In this document: one piece after another, positions 35,305 through 45,415 of the stretch | Numbering within the stretch: the first letter of the stretch is position 1 | Layout of the letters: every line of letters begins with the position of its first letter | Origin: Pseudorhodobacter sp. PARRP1 | GTDB lineage: Bacteria > Pseudomonadota > Alphaproteobacteria > Rhodobacterales > Rhodobacteraceae | NCBI GenBank assembly: GCA_002256245.1 | Contig: NKIU01000008.1 | Span: forward strand, 53,333 to 117,332 | DNA: 64,000 nucleotides | Direction: 5' to 3' | The notes under the pieces: generated by a model | Database searches by the model: none | What the model was told of the DNA's origin: nothing | Seen by the model: the letters and a program-made list of their open reading frames with translations, nothing else | Made by a program: the position numbers and the translations under genes

Positions 35305-36924
35305 TCAGGATGCCAAATGCTCGAACAACCTTGCGACTGCCTCTGCCCCCGGATCAACGTGCCCGCTTAACTGATCGGCGTTGATATAGGTGCTGCGCCC
35401 GGCCTTTGCCGTGGTCAGCGTCGCGGTATAGTTGGCACCGTCGCGCGCCGCTTTTGCGGCATGGCCAAGGCCGTGGTCCAACGCATCCAAGGCGGGCAAC
35501 AACGCATCGACCATGGTGCGATCGCCCGGATTTGCCCCACCAATCTGGCGCATCCGCGCAAGGCCGGCTTGCAAGGCCTCGCGCATGGGCAGGCCGGATG
35601 CCGACGCATCGCCCGCGGCGGCAAAGAAGATGGCAAGCAACACCCCCGACGATCCGCCCATGGTCTGGCTCAGCTCAAGCCCGATGGCGCGGTAAAGCTG
35701 CGTGTGATCTGCCAAAGGCAGCGTATCCATCGCCTCGATCAGCGCGCGCGCAGCCCCGGCCAAAGTCGATCCTGTGTCGCCATCGCCAGATTTGGCATCA
35801 AGCAGGTTCAGATCGTCTTCAGCCGCAATCAGCGCCGCACAACAGCCGCGCAAAAAGGCTTTGGTGGGCGCATGGGCCGAGGCAGGCGCGCGGATGGGCG
35901 ACAACCCGTCTGGCAACGGCAGCACCTTGGCGGGCTGGATCTTGTGGCATCCCGGCCAGCCTTGGCATTGAACAGGTTGCGCCAACAGGGCTTGGTCGCC
36001 TTCACTCAACTCCATGACCGAAACCGAGAAGCCGTGCATATCCAGCGCCGTCATCATCGACGCGGGCCCCACGATCAGCCGGATGTGCCCGCCGATCCCC
36101 GAGGCAAGCAATTCATGCGTCAGGATCGACATTTCCAGAACCGACGCCGCGCCAAGGTTGTTGACCAAGGCGACATGCGGGGTCTTGGGCATGGTCGCGG
36201 CCAGCTTTGCGGTGACTTTGGCAAGCGCATCGCGGGCACCGCCCGAGGCGACCTGTTCAACGCCTGCCTCGCCGTGAATGCCCAGCCCCAACTCGGCCAT
36301 GCCATGCGGGATGCGGTCTTCCTTCAGCGACCCCGGAACGGTGCAGGTATCCAAGGACATGCCGATGCTGCGGCTGGCGTTGATCACCCTTTGCGCAGCC
36401 ATTGTGCAGGCCTCAAGGTTGGCGCCATTCTCAGCCATCGCGCCTGCGATCTTGTGGACAAACAGCGTGCCCGCCAGCCCGCGCGCTTGCGGCAGATCGG
36501 GCAGGGCCACGTCGTCATCGACGATCACCATGCTGACGCTTAGCCCAAACGCACGGGCGCGTTCTGCCGCCAGACCAAAATTCAGCCGGTCGCCGGTGTA
36601 ATTCTTCACGATCAGCAGACACCCCGCAGGCCCCGTCACCGCCAGAATGCCTGCCAGCACCGCATCGACAGAAGGCGAGGCAAACACATCACCGCAGACC
36701 GCAGCCGTCAGCATACCCGCCCCGACAAACCCCACATGCGCAGGCTCGTGTCCCGAGCCGCCGCCCGATACCAAAGCCACCTTGGATTTGGTCCAGTCGG
36801 CGCGCACGACGACGCGGATATGCGGATAGCCATCCAGACGCGCAATCGCCCCGCCCGATGCCGCAATAGCGCCGTCGATGGCTTCGGTCACCATGTCTTC
36901 TTTGGCATTGATGAACTGTTTCAT
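35305..36924 (-). CDS. dhaK: Dihydroxyacetone kinase, fused K+L (ATP-dependent type)
   Basis: SGGGSGHEP, KNYTGD, GLGIHGE (Dak1); GDGDTG, GGSSG, GDRTMVD, AGRS, DPGA (Dak2). Confidence 0.9.
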   Translation of the reverse strand: MKQFINAKEDMVTEAIDGAIAASGGAIARLDGYPHIRVVVRADWTKSKVALVSGGGSGHEPAHVGFVGAGMLTAAVCGDVFASPSVDAVLAGILAVTGPAGCLLIVKNYTGDRLNFGLAAERARAFGLSVSMVIVDDDVALPDLPQARGLAGTLFVHKIAGAMAENGANLEACTMAAQRVINASRSIGMSLDTCTVPGSLKEDRIPHGMAELGLGIHGEAGVEQVASGGARDALAKVTAKLAATMPKTPHVALVNNLGAASVLEMSILTHELLASGIGGHIRLIVGPASMMTALDMHGFSVSVMELSEGDQALLAQPVQCQGWPGCHKIQPAKVLPLPDGLSPIRAPASAHAPTKAFLRGCCAALIAAEDDLNLLDAKSGDGDTGSTLAGAARALIEAMDTLPLADHTQLYRAIGLELSQTMGGSSGVLLAIFFAAAGDASASGLPMREALQAGLARMRQIGGANPGDRTMVDALLPALDALDHGLGHAAKAARDGANYTATLTTAKAGRSTYINADQLSGHVDPGAEAVARLFEHLAS

Positions 36925-36936
36925 GGTCTCTCTCCC

Positions 36937-37932
36937 TTAGGCCAAGCGCGCGCCAGCGGCGTCAAAGTAGAATGCCTTGTTTGGACGAATTTTCACGATA
37001 TCGCCCTCTTTGAGCGTGGTATGTGCATCTGTGACGGTGATCAGACCGTGCGATTTCAGCGCCAGATGCAGGCGGGTCTGATCGCCAAGATGCTCGACGC
37101 GCTGCACAAAACTGTCTTCGCCTTCGCCTTGCAGGATATGTTCGGGCCGCAGCCCGATATGTGTGGCATTGCGCGGGGCACCACCAAACACATCGGCAGG
37201 CAGCACATTGATGCGCGGCTGGCCAAGGCGGCTGGCGGCATAGATGCTGACCGGATTTTCGTAAATCTCGCGCGGGCTGCCAAATTGCACCAAACGGCCC
37301 TTGTCCAGCACGCCGACATGGGTCGCCATCGTCATCGCCTCGATCTGGTCATGCGTCACATACAGCAGCGTGGCACCCGAATTGGCCTGAATGCTTTTCA
37401 ACTCGATGCGCAGATCCGACCGCAGCTTGGCATCCAGCGAACTGAGCGGCTCGTCCATCAGATAAACGGATGGGTTCCGCACCAAGGCCCGCCCGATCGA
37501 CACGCGCTGCATCTCGCCCCCCGAAAGTGCGGTGGCCTTGTTGTCCAGCTTGTGGCTGATCTGCAAAACCTCGGCCACCTCGGCGACCTTGCGGTCAATC
37601 TCGGCCTGAGGCGTGCGCAGGATCGGCGATTTCAGCGGAAACTCCAGATTTTGCCGCACCGTCAGATGCGGGTAAAGCGAGTATTGCTGAAACACCATCG
37701 CCACATCGCGCTGCGCAGGCGTCAGGCCCGATGCGTCCCGGCCCCCGATGCGCACCTGGCCCATATCCGGCCTGTCCAACCCCGACACCATCCGCAGCGT
37801 GGTGGTTTTGCCCGCACCCGTGGGGCCAAGCAAGACCACGAACGACCCATCCGGAATGGTCATCGACACATCCTCAAGCGCGGTCTGTTTGCCAAAGGAT
37901 TTGGATATCCCCGCAAGAACGACTTCAGCCAT
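36937..37932 (-). CDS. Carbohydrate ABC ATP-binding protein
   Basis: GPTGAGKTT, LSGGEMQR, LMDEP, VTHDQ. Confidence 0.9.
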   Translation of the reverse strand: MAEVVLAGISKSFGKQTALEDVSMTIPDGSFVVLLGPTGAGKTTTLRMVSGLDRPDMGQVRIGGRDASGLTPAQRDVAMVFQQYSLYPHLTVRQNLEFPLKSPILRTPQAEIDRKVAEVAEVLQISHKLDNKATALSGGEMQRVSIGRALVRNPSVYLMDEPLSSLDAKLRSDLRIELKSIQANSGATLLYVTHDQIEAMTMATHVGVLDKGRLVQFGSPREIYENPVSIYAASRLGQPRINVLPADVFGGAPRNATHIGLRPEHILQGEGEDSFVQRVEHLGDQTRLHLALKSHGLITVTDAHTTLKEGDIVKIRPNKAFYFDAAGARLA

Positions 37933-39022
37933 GTGCCAGCACTCCTTGATTTGCCTGCGAGCGCAGGGCCTTGCCGGATTTTGCGTCAAACAGCGTCACC
38001 GTGCGCGGATCAAACCGCAGCCCCGTGGTGGCCCCAACCCGCACCGCATCCGAACTTGGTGCGCGCGCCTTGATCACGCCATTCGGGGTTTCAAGCGTGA
38101 TGATCTGCGTCGTGCCCAGATATTCCGTGGCCTTCACCACGCCGCGATAGCCCGCGGCATCATCAAGCTGCACATGCTCGGGGCGCACGCCAAAGCTAAG
38201 GGCACCATTCGCGCCATCCAGACATTGCGGGATCGCCATTGCGATATCATTTAGCCGCACTTCGGTTGAACCGTTTCCGACCATGCCGTTGAAATCGAGG
38301 AAATTCATCGGCGGCGACCCAATGAACTGCGCCACGAACTTGGTCGCGGGCCAGTCGTAGATTTCCTGCGGCACGCCAAATTGTTCGACCACGCCGTGGT
38401 TCATCACCACAATCTTGTCGCCCATCTGCATCGCCTCCAGCTGGTCATGCGTGACATAAACCGTGGTCGCCCCCATCCGGTCATGCAGAGCGCGCAATTC
38501 CTCTGACATATGCTCGCGGAATTCGGCATCCAGCGCGCCCAACGGTTCGTCCATGAAGAACGCCTTGGGGTTGCGCACGATGGCGCGCCCCAGCGCCACG
38601 CGCTGCCGATCCCCGCCCGAAAGGCCACCAACCGGCTTTTTCAAAATGTCGGTGATGCCCAAAATCTCGGCGATCTCATCCACCTTCTTTTTCACCTGCG
38701 CTTTGGGCATGCCTTGCGAAACCAGCGGATAGCTGATGTTTTTGCCGACATTCATATGCGGGTAAAGCGCGAACATCTGGAACACAAAGGCGATGTCGCG
38801 CTGGCTTGCGGGCTTTTGCCCCACCTCTTCGCCGTCAATGTAAATCTCGCCCGAGGTCGGCAATTCCAGCCCCGCCATCATTCGCAAGGTGGTGGTTTTG
38901 CCGCAACCAGATGGGCCCAGCAGCATGAAAAACTCGCCGTCTTCAATGGTGAAGGTCGAGGATTTGACCGCATTGAACGACCCGAAATCCTTGCGCACGT
39001 TTTCAATTCTGATCTGTGCCAT
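37925..39022 (-). CDS. Carbohydrate ABC ATP-binding protein
   Basis: GPSGCGKTT, LSGGDRQR, FMDEP, VTHDQ. Confidence 0.92.
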   Translation of the reverse strand: MAQIRIENVRKDFGSFNAVKSSTFTIEDGEFFMLLGPSGCGKTTTLRMMAGLELPTSGEIYIDGEEVGQKPASQRDIAFVFQMFALYPHMNVGKNISYPLVSQGMPKAQVKKKVDEIAEILGITDILKKPVGGLSGGDRQRVALGRAIVRNPKAFFMDEPLGALDAEFREHMSEELRALHDRMGATTVYVTHDQLEAMQMGDKIVVMNHGVVEQFGVPQEIYDWPATKFVAQFIGSPPMNFLDFNGMVGNGSTEVRLNDIAMAIPQCLDGANGALSFGVRPEHVQLDDAAGYRGVVKATEYLGTTQIITLETPNGVIKARAPSSDAVRVGATTGLRFDPRTVTLFDAKSGKALRSQANQGVLAHG

Positions 39023-39025
39023 GGG

Positions 39026-39214
39026 CTACTCCGGGAAATGGCTGACGATGATGAACATCACCGTGCCGACAAGGGTGACAATGAAGGAATAGCTGTAAAG
39101 CCCGATGGCAAAGGGCTGCATCAGCATGAAAACACCCAGCGCAATCAGGATGGTTGCCAGCATTTCCCAAGGGCCACGGCGCAGGCGCAAAAGACCGCTT
39201 ACAATGTTCCTCAT
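39026..39214 (-). CDS. Small (62 aa) two-TM membrane protein within the ABC operon
   Basis: MRNIVSG...WEMLATILIALGVFMLMQPF...FIVTLVGTVMFIIVSHFPE; ATGA-coupled to the permease, 3 nt before the ATPase. Confidence 0.75.
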   Translation of the reverse strand: MRNIVSGLLRLRRGPWEMLATILIALGVFMLMQPFAIGLYSYSFIVTLVGTVMFIIVSHFPE

Positions 39215-40149
39215 TTGCGCACCGCCCCGAATGTAATGCCCCGCAGCAGGTGCTTGCGCAGCATGATGGTGAACACCATGACCGGGACGAGGAATATCGT
39301 GGCCCCCGCTGCAACCGCCGGCCAATCCTTGCCGCCAGTGCCGATGATGGTGGGAATGAAGGGCGGCGCGGTTTGCGCGGTGCCCGAGGTCAGCAGCACC
39401 GCAAAGGCATATTCGTTCCACGCAAAGATCAGGCAAAAAATCGCGGTCGAGGCGATGCCCGTGGCCGCTTGCGGCAGCACAACCTTGTAAAACGCCTGAA
39501 ACCGCGTGTAGCCGTCGATCAGGGCCGCTTCTTCATATTCAATCGGAATCTCGTCGATAAAACCTTTCAGCAACCAGACCGAAAGCGAAAGGTTAACCGC
39601 CGTGTAAAGCAGGATCATGCCAAGATGCGTGTCGTTCAGGCCCAGATTGCGGAACATCAGAAAGATCGGAATAGCGACTGCAATCGGCGGCATCATCCGG
39701 GTGGACAGGATGAAAAACAGCAGATCATCCTTCAGCGGCACCTTGAAGCGGCTGAACGCATAGGCCGCAGCCGTGCCCAGCACCATGCACAGCGCGGTCG
39801 AGCCAAATCCGATGATCACCGAATTCAGAAACCGCTGACCATAGCGCGACGGGCCCGAGATAACCGTGCCGCGATCGCGCGCGATCTGGTCATACCAGGT
39901 GGTCGGCGGCCCTGCGGCGGCAAGCATCTCATCTGTCGCCCGGGTGCGTTCGGTGAACAGGTTGACATAGCCTTCAAGCGTGGGCTGAAACACCACAACG
40001 GGCGGGTAGGCGATTGAATCTGTGGGGGATTTGAACCCGGTGGCGATGATCCACAAAAGCGGGATCAGGGTGATGATCGCATAGCTGACCACCAAAACTC
40101 CGGCCAACCATTTGGTGCCTTTGCTTGGTTCTGTGACGGAATAGCTCAT
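39211..40149 (-). CDS. Carbohydrate ABC permease
   Basis: EEAALIDG motif, FAWNEY. Confidence 0.9.
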   Translation of the reverse strand: MSYSVTEPSKGTKWLAGVLVVSYAIITLIPLLWIIATGFKSPTDSIAYPPVVVFQPTLEGYVNLFTERTRATDEMLAAAGPPTTWYDQIARDRGTVISGPSRYGQRFLNSVIIGFGSTALCMVLGTAAAYAFSRFKVPLKDDLLFFILSTRMMPPIAVAIPIFLMFRNLGLNDTHLGMILLYTAVNLSLSVWLLKGFIDEIPIEYEEAALIDGYTRFQAFYKVVLPQAATGIASTAIFCLIFAWNEYAFAVLLTSGTAQTAPPFIPTIIGTGGKDWPAVAAGATIFLVPVMVFTIMLRKHLLRGITFGAVRK

Positions 40150-41093
40150 CTTTCTTTCACCTTGTTCAGGGCTTTGACATAGATCGACGCAAGGCCGAAC
40201 ACGGTGACAAACAGCATAACGGCATAGGCAGACGAATATCCTGTCCGCCATTTCTCAAACGCCTCGCGCTTAAGGTCGATCGAGGTCAGGGTGGTGGTAT
40301 TGCCCGGCCCACCGCCCGTAAGCTGCACCACAAGGTCAAACATCTTGAAATTCTCAATGCCGCGAAACAACACCGCCAGCATCAAAAACGGCAGCGCCAT
40401 CGGCAGGGTAATGGTCCAGAACTGACGCCACGCACTCGCACGGTCACATTCGGCGGCCTCATAGATACTGTCAGGAATAGACCGCAGCCCCGCGAGGCAA
40501 ATCAGCATCACAAACGGCGTCCACATCCAGGTGTCAGCAATGATGATCGCCCAAGGTGCCAGGTTCACATCGCCAATCATCGAAAAACTGGCAGGGTCCG
40601 CGCCGGTCAGAAACTCGACCACATAGTTGAACAGACCAATCTGCGGCTGATACAAAAACGTCCAGAAATTGCCCACCACAGCCGGAGACAGCATCATCGG
40701 AAACACGATGATCGTGGTCCACATGTCATTGCCACGGAATTTCTTGTTGATCAGAAACGCCAGCGCAAACCCGATCAGAACCTGCAACGTGATGGTCCAG
40801 ATCAGGAAATGCGCCGTCGCCTGCATGGTCTGCCAAACCGTTGGATCGCTCAGAATGCGGCGGTAATTTTCCAACCCCACCCATTCGACGGCATTGTTCG
40901 GGCGATTGACCCGAAAGTTGGTAAAACTCAGCCGGATGGTCCAGATCAGCGGAAAGATGTTGACGGCCAACAACAAAAAGATCGTCGGCGCCACGAAAAT
41001 CCACGCGATGGTGCGATCAGACAACCCACGGATTTTGCGCGCGATACCGTCAGGCGTTGCCGCCGCAACCCGTGTGAGGGGGGATAAGCTCAT
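40146..41093 (-). CDS. Carbohydrate ABC permease
   Basis: DTWMWTPF, IYEAAECD, GGGPG. Confidence 0.9.
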   Translation of the reverse strand: MSLSPLTRVAAATPDGIARKIRGLSDRTIAWIFVAPTIFLLLAVNIFPLIWTIRLSFTNFRVNRPNNAVEWVGLENYRRILSDPTVWQTMQATAHFLIWTITLQVLIGFALAFLINKKFRGNDMWTTIIVFPMMLSPAVVGNFWTFLYQPQIGLFNYVVEFLTGADPASFSMIGDVNLAPWAIIIADTWMWTPFVMLICLAGLRSIPDSIYEAAECDRASAWRQFWTITLPMALPFLMLAVLFRGIENFKMFDLVVQLTGGGPGNTTTLTSIDLKREAFEKWRTGYSSAYAVMLFVTVFGLASIYVKALNKVKER

Positions 41094-41224
41094 ATCTTGA
41101 TTTCCTTCAAACGCCGCCCGGTTGTGGACGGCGGAGGTCGTTCAACGGAAAGCTCCTCTGGCCGAACGCGGGTTCAGCCAGAGGCAAGGTCAGACACCGT
41201 CTTGCAGATGTGCGACGGGCAGGC

Positions 41225-42547
41225 TTACAGCTTGCCCTCATCTGTGAAGATCTTTGTCCAATCCTGAACAACCCCATCCAGCGCCTCTTTTGCGGTGCCT
41301 TGCCCGGCGACAACATAGTTGTGCATCCGCTCCTGCATCGCCAGCAACAGATCGGCATAGGCGGGCTCGGCCCAGAAATCCTTCACGATGGCCATGCTAT
41401 CAAGGAAGGTCTGCGCATAGGGCTGGCTGCTGGCAAAGCCCGGATCATTGACCACCGCATTCAGCGCGGAATAGCCGCCAAGTTTCCACCATTGCGTCTG
41501 CACGCTCGGCTGGGCAAACCACTTGATATAGTCAAGCGCCGCCTGCTGGTGATCCGAGTTTGCAACCACCGAAATCCCTTGACCACCAAGCTGGGCAAAC
41601 TGGCCCGCGGGGCCGGCCGGATTTGCGAAATAGCCCGATTTGCCACCGCCGACATTCGGATCAGATTCAACCCCCGGCCACACGAAAGCAAAGTTCATCT
41701 GAAGCGCCACCTGACCCGATTTATAGGCGTCGATGTCTTCGCCCATATACCAGTTCGAGGATCCCGGAGGCGTCGCGGTGTCATAGAGGCTCTTGTAAAA
41801 CTCAAGCCCCGCCACCGCGCCGTCCGAGTTTACAAAGCCCTCAAGATCATAGGGTTTTGCCGGGTTTTCATACTGAAACCCATAGTTATAAAGCGCATTG
41901 GTCACGCCCATCGTGATGCCTTCCGACCCGCGCTCGGTATAGATCGCGGCGCCGTAAACGGTCTTGCCGTCAATATCGCGACCCTGGAAGAATTGTGCAA
42001 TGTCGCGCAGCTCCTCCAAGGTAGCCGGAACGCCAAGGTCGCGGCCATATTTGGTTTTGAACTCTGCCTGAATTTCGGGGCGATCAAACCAGTCTTTGCG
42101 ATAGGTCCAGCCCACCACATCGCCAAACGCAGGCAAGGCGTAATAGTTGGGCGTGCCCTTGGGCCATTCGGCATAGCCCGTCACCGTCGCCGGGATGAAA
42201 TCTGCCATCTTGATGCCATTGGCATCGAAAAAGTCGTTCAGTTTCAGATACTGGCCGTTCTCCGCCGCACCACCGATCCACTGGCTGTCACCGATCAGCA
42301 GGTCGCAAAGCTTGCCGCCCGAATTCAGCTCGTTCAACATGCGGTCGGCAAAGTTCGGCCACGGCACGAATTCGAAATGCATGGTGTTGCCCGATTGCTT
42401 TTCGAAGTCCTTGCTCAACTCGATCAGCGCATTGGCCGGGTCCCAGGCAGCCCAGCACAGGGTCAGATCTTCGGCCTGCGCAGCCGAAGACAGCCCGCCG
42501 ACAAGCAAAGCGCCAGCGGCAGCCGTCATCATCAGGTTCATCTTCAT
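41225..42547 (-). CDS. Carbohydrate ABC substrate-binding protein
   Basis: Signal peptide, GGAG RBS, cluster-B SBP features. Confidence 0.88.
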   Translation of the reverse strand: MKMNLMMTAAAGALLVGGLSSAAQAEDLTLCWAAWDPANALIELSKDFEKQSGNTMHFEFVPWPNFADRMLNELNSGGKLCDLLIGDSQWIGGAAENGQYLKLNDFFDANGIKMADFIPATVTGYAEWPKGTPNYYALPAFGDVVGWTYRKDWFDRPEIQAEFKTKYGRDLGVPATLEELRDIAQFFQGRDIDGKTVYGAAIYTERGSEGITMGVTNALYNYGFQYENPAKPYDLEGFVNSDGAVAGLEFYKSLYDTATPPGSSNWYMGEDIDAYKSGQVALQMNFAFVWPGVESDPNVGGGKSGYFANPAGPAGQFAQLGGQGISVVANSDHQQAALDYIKWFAQPSVQTQWWKLGGYSALNAVVNDPGFASSQPYAQTFLDSMAIVKDFWAEPAYADLLLAMQERMHNYVVAGQGTAKEALDGVVQDWTKIFTDEGKL

Positions 42548-42618
42548 TCGGTTTCTCCTCCCACGGATTTTTCCAGGCTCAGCTTTTGCGCCGCACCTTG
42601 TCGTGCAACAACTGTTAA

Positions 42619-42666
42619 TGAGGCACGTGCCTCAAAGCAAGTTATTTTTGAGACACGTGCCTCAAA
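42619..42666. promoter_or_regulatory. Twin LacI-family operators
   Basis: TGAGGCACGTGCCTCA (perfect, 42619-42634) and TGAGACACGTGCCTCA (42649-42664), 30 bp apart, between the SBP gene and the divergent LacI gene. Confidence 0.8.
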
Positions 42667-42765
42667 CCTTGCTAGCTTGGCAGGGCGCGCGCAGAACGGC
42701 TGCGTTGAAGGTCGCCAAAACTATGATAGTAAGGGGAAAATACAAAAGTGATCTTGCTGGAACCG

Positions 42766-43788
42766 ATGCTGAGACCAACCACAAAAGATCTTGCAAAGGC
42801 CGCAGGCGTAAGCCGGGCAACGGTTGATCGGGTGTTGAACGAACGCGACGGCGTCAAGCAAGACACGGTCGAGCGCGTCCACAAGGCCATCGAGGCCATC
42901 GGATTTGAGCGCAACATCCAAGCCGCGAATCTTGCCAAATCGCAAAGTTATCGCTTCATCTTTGCATTGCCGCGCTCTGGGGATCAGTTTTTACAAGAGA
43001 TCATCAAGCGCATTGACGAAGCGCGCAGCCTGTTTGCTTCCGATCAAATCTGGTGCGACGTGCATCAGATCGACGAAAACGATCCGCACAGCATCGCAAC
43101 CTATCTGTCGTCGCTCGACAAGTCGCAGGTCGCCGGGGTGGCCATCATGGCACCCGAGACGCCGCAAGTCCGCGATGCGATCCGGCGGGTGCAAGAAAGG
43201 GGCGTGGCGGCGCTGCCCTTCATTTCGAACCAGACCACGATGGATGCGAACTGGGTCGGTATCGACAACCGCGCGGCAGGGGCCACGGCGGGGCTGCTGA
43301 TGGGCCAGTTTATCGGTCAAAAGCCGGGCGCGATCATGGTTATCGCAGAAAGCATGCAGTCGCGCGACAGCCTAGAGCGGCGCTTGGGCTTTGATCAGGA
43401 AATCAACGAGGGCTTTGCACAACTGCGCGCGTTGCCGTCGCTGGAAACCTACGCCAACGAAGACCGCGCCCGCACCATCATCGCGGCAAGCCTGCGCGCG
43501 AACCCCGATATTGTGGGCATCTATGTCATGGCCTCGGAAGCGCGCTCGCCGCTGTCGATCCTGAAGGATTTGAACATCGCGCAGTCGATTGTCAAAATCG
43601 CGCACGAACGCACCCCGTTTACCGAGCATGAATTGAAGGCCAAGATGCTGCATGGCCTGATCGCACAAGACCCCGGGCATCTTGTCCGCAGCGCGATCCG
43701 ACGCCTGAAAGGCATGGTGGATCGCCGCCAGACCTTTGGCTCACAAGAGCAGATTCGCATCGAGATTTTGCTTAGAACCAATATCTAG
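42766..43788 (+). CDS. LacI-family transcriptional regulator
   Basis: PTTKDLAKAAGVSRATVDRVLN HTH plus sugar-binding domain (alternative GTG start at 42748). Confidence 0.9.
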   Translation: MLRPTTKDLAKAAGVSRATVDRVLNERDGVKQDTVERVHKAIEAIGFERNIQAANLAKSQSYRFIFALPRSGDQFLQEIIKRIDEARSLFASDQIWCDVHQIDENDPHSIATYLSSLDKSQVAGVAIMAPETPQVRDAIRRVQERGVAALPFISNQTTMDANWVGIDNRAAGATAGLLMGQFIGQKPGAIMVIAESMQSRDSLERRLGFDQEINEGFAQLRALPSLETYANEDRARTIIAASLRANPDIVGIYVMASEARSPLSILKDLNIAQSIVKIAHERTPFTEHELKAKMLHGLIAQDPGHLVRSAIRRLKGMVDRRQTFGSQEQIRIEILLRTNI

Positions 43789-44027
43789 CCCGCGCTTGGT
43801 GCGCGTCAGCCTAGCCCAAGCCCGCATGGCGGCTTCGGGGCAGTTTGGTGCAGCGTGCCGCCAAAGCGCATCGTCGGGCAACAGCGCCGTTCCGATAGAT
43901 TGCCCATCGAATTTCCGGGGCCAAAAGGTGAAACCTTCCATCGCCCGGAACCATCCCTGCCGCGCCTGCCCTTGCGTGCGCGCAGCCCTTTGCTTGGCGT
44001 GGGTCGGGCGGGCGCATCGCTGCCAAA

Positions 44028-44102
44028 CGTTAAAAATTCGTTAAAATGACAGGGCTATCCTATTGTTTTTGCTGAAACAAATTTGGTCCCGAGTTGGGAC
44101 CA
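44028..44102 (+). repeat. 75-bp GTTAA...GGTCCC-N5-GGGACCA element, copy 2
   Basis: cgttaaaaattcgttaaaatgaca...ctattgtttt...ggtcccgagttgggacca; contains a perfect TTAA-N7-TTAA. Confidence 0.7.
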
Positions 44103-44104
44103 CC

Positions 44105-45346
44105 CTAAAACCGCCCCGGCAGATAGGGCGAGATATCCAATTCCGGTGCCCGCCCCACCACCAAATCCGCCACCAGCGCCGCCGTGATCGGGGCCAGGGT
44201 CAGCCCGATATGGCCGTGCCCGTAAGCATGGATAACCTCTGCCCCCGCGCGCGAAGGCCCGATCACCGGCACCGAATCCGGCATGGATGGCCGGAACCCC
44301 ATCCACTCGCGATCCGGCGCGCCCAGATCCGGAAAGATCGCCCGCGCGCCCTCCACCAGTTTCCGGGTCCGGTGCGCCGAGGGCGGGGCCGTCAGCCCCC
44401 CCAACTCCACCGTCCCCGCCACCCTGAGCCGCCCCGTCATCGGGCACAGATAAAACCCGCGTGACGTGGGGCAGGCGGGCCGGGTCAACCTCGGCGCGGC
44501 CATGTCCCACTCCACATGATAGCCCCGCTCGGTATCCAACGGCACCTTATCCCCCGCCTGCAAAGCCAGCGCCCGCGAATGCGCCCCCGCCGCGATCACC
44601 ACCCGCCGCGCCCGCAACCGCAGATCGGGGCCTTCCACCACGATGCCATCAAACTGCCGCGTGATCGTCCGTGCCTCGGCCTGCACAAACCCCGCCTGCT
44701 TGAAGATATGCGCGGCCAAGGTCTGCACCATCAGGCCGGGGTCAGACAGAAACACCGCCTTCGGAAAGAACGCAGCCCCGCCTTCCACGGCAGGCAACCC
44801 CGGTTCCATCCCGGCCAGCACATCCGGCGAGATCAACTCCACCGTAATCCCCTGCGTGCGCCGGAAAGCCATGTCGGCCTCGGCAGCCCTGAACGCAGCA
44901 GCCGTCTCATAAAGATACAAACATCCCTTGTGCTGCAAGATCGCGCTGCCGCCGATCCGCTCGGCCAGCGCGATCCAGCGCGGGCAGGCATCCGCCACCA
45001 ACGCCGCAATCGCCGCCGCATTGCGCCGGGTAGGGGCGGGCAGGGACTGGCGGGCAAACCGCAGCAGCCACGGCATAAGCGCGGGCAGGCCAGCGCGGCG
45101 GATCGCCAGCGGCGAGTTTTTGTCCAGCAGCAGCGACGGCAGGTTCCGCAGCACTTCCGGGCTGCCCACTGGCATCACCGCATAATCGGCAATCGTGCCC
45201 GCATTGCCATAGCTGGCCCCCATGCCGGGCTGGCCGGGATCAACCAGCACCACATCGCGGCCTTCAGCGGTCAGCGCCTCGGCCACGGCAAGCCCCACGA
45301 CCCCCGCCCCAAGGATCGCAATATCGGTGGTGACGTGTTGGGTCAT
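44105..45346 (-). CDS. FAD-dependent oxidoreductase, D-amino acid dehydrogenase (DadA/DAO) family
   Basis: GAGVVG, ASYGNAG, RGYH, WMGFRP..PD, GHGHIGLTLA. Confidence 0.88.
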   Translation of the reverse strand: MTQHVTTDIAILGAGVVGLAVAEALTAEGRDVVLVDPGQPGMGASYGNAGTIADYAVMPVGSPEVLRNLPSLLLDKNSPLAIRRAGLPALMPWLLRFARQSLPAPTRRNAAAIAALVADACPRWIALAERIGGSAILQHKGCLYLYETAAAFRAAEADMAFRRTQGITVELISPDVLAGMEPGLPAVEGGAAFFPKAVFLSDPGLMVQTLAAHIFKQAGFVQAEARTITRQFDGIVVEGPDLRLRARRVVIAAGAHSRALALQAGDKVPLDTERGYHVEWDMAAPRLTRPACPTSRGFYLCPMTGRLRVAGTVELGGLTAPPSAHRTRKLVEGARAIFPDLGAPDREWMGFRPSMPDSVPVIGPSRAGAEVIHAYGHGHIGLTLAPITAALVADLVVGRAPELDISPYLPGRF

Positions 45347-45415
45347 GCTGGCATCTTTTCCGTAAAGAAACGGGCACCGTCGCCGATGCCCGCCACAGGT
45401 TAGGTTTGGCCGCTG

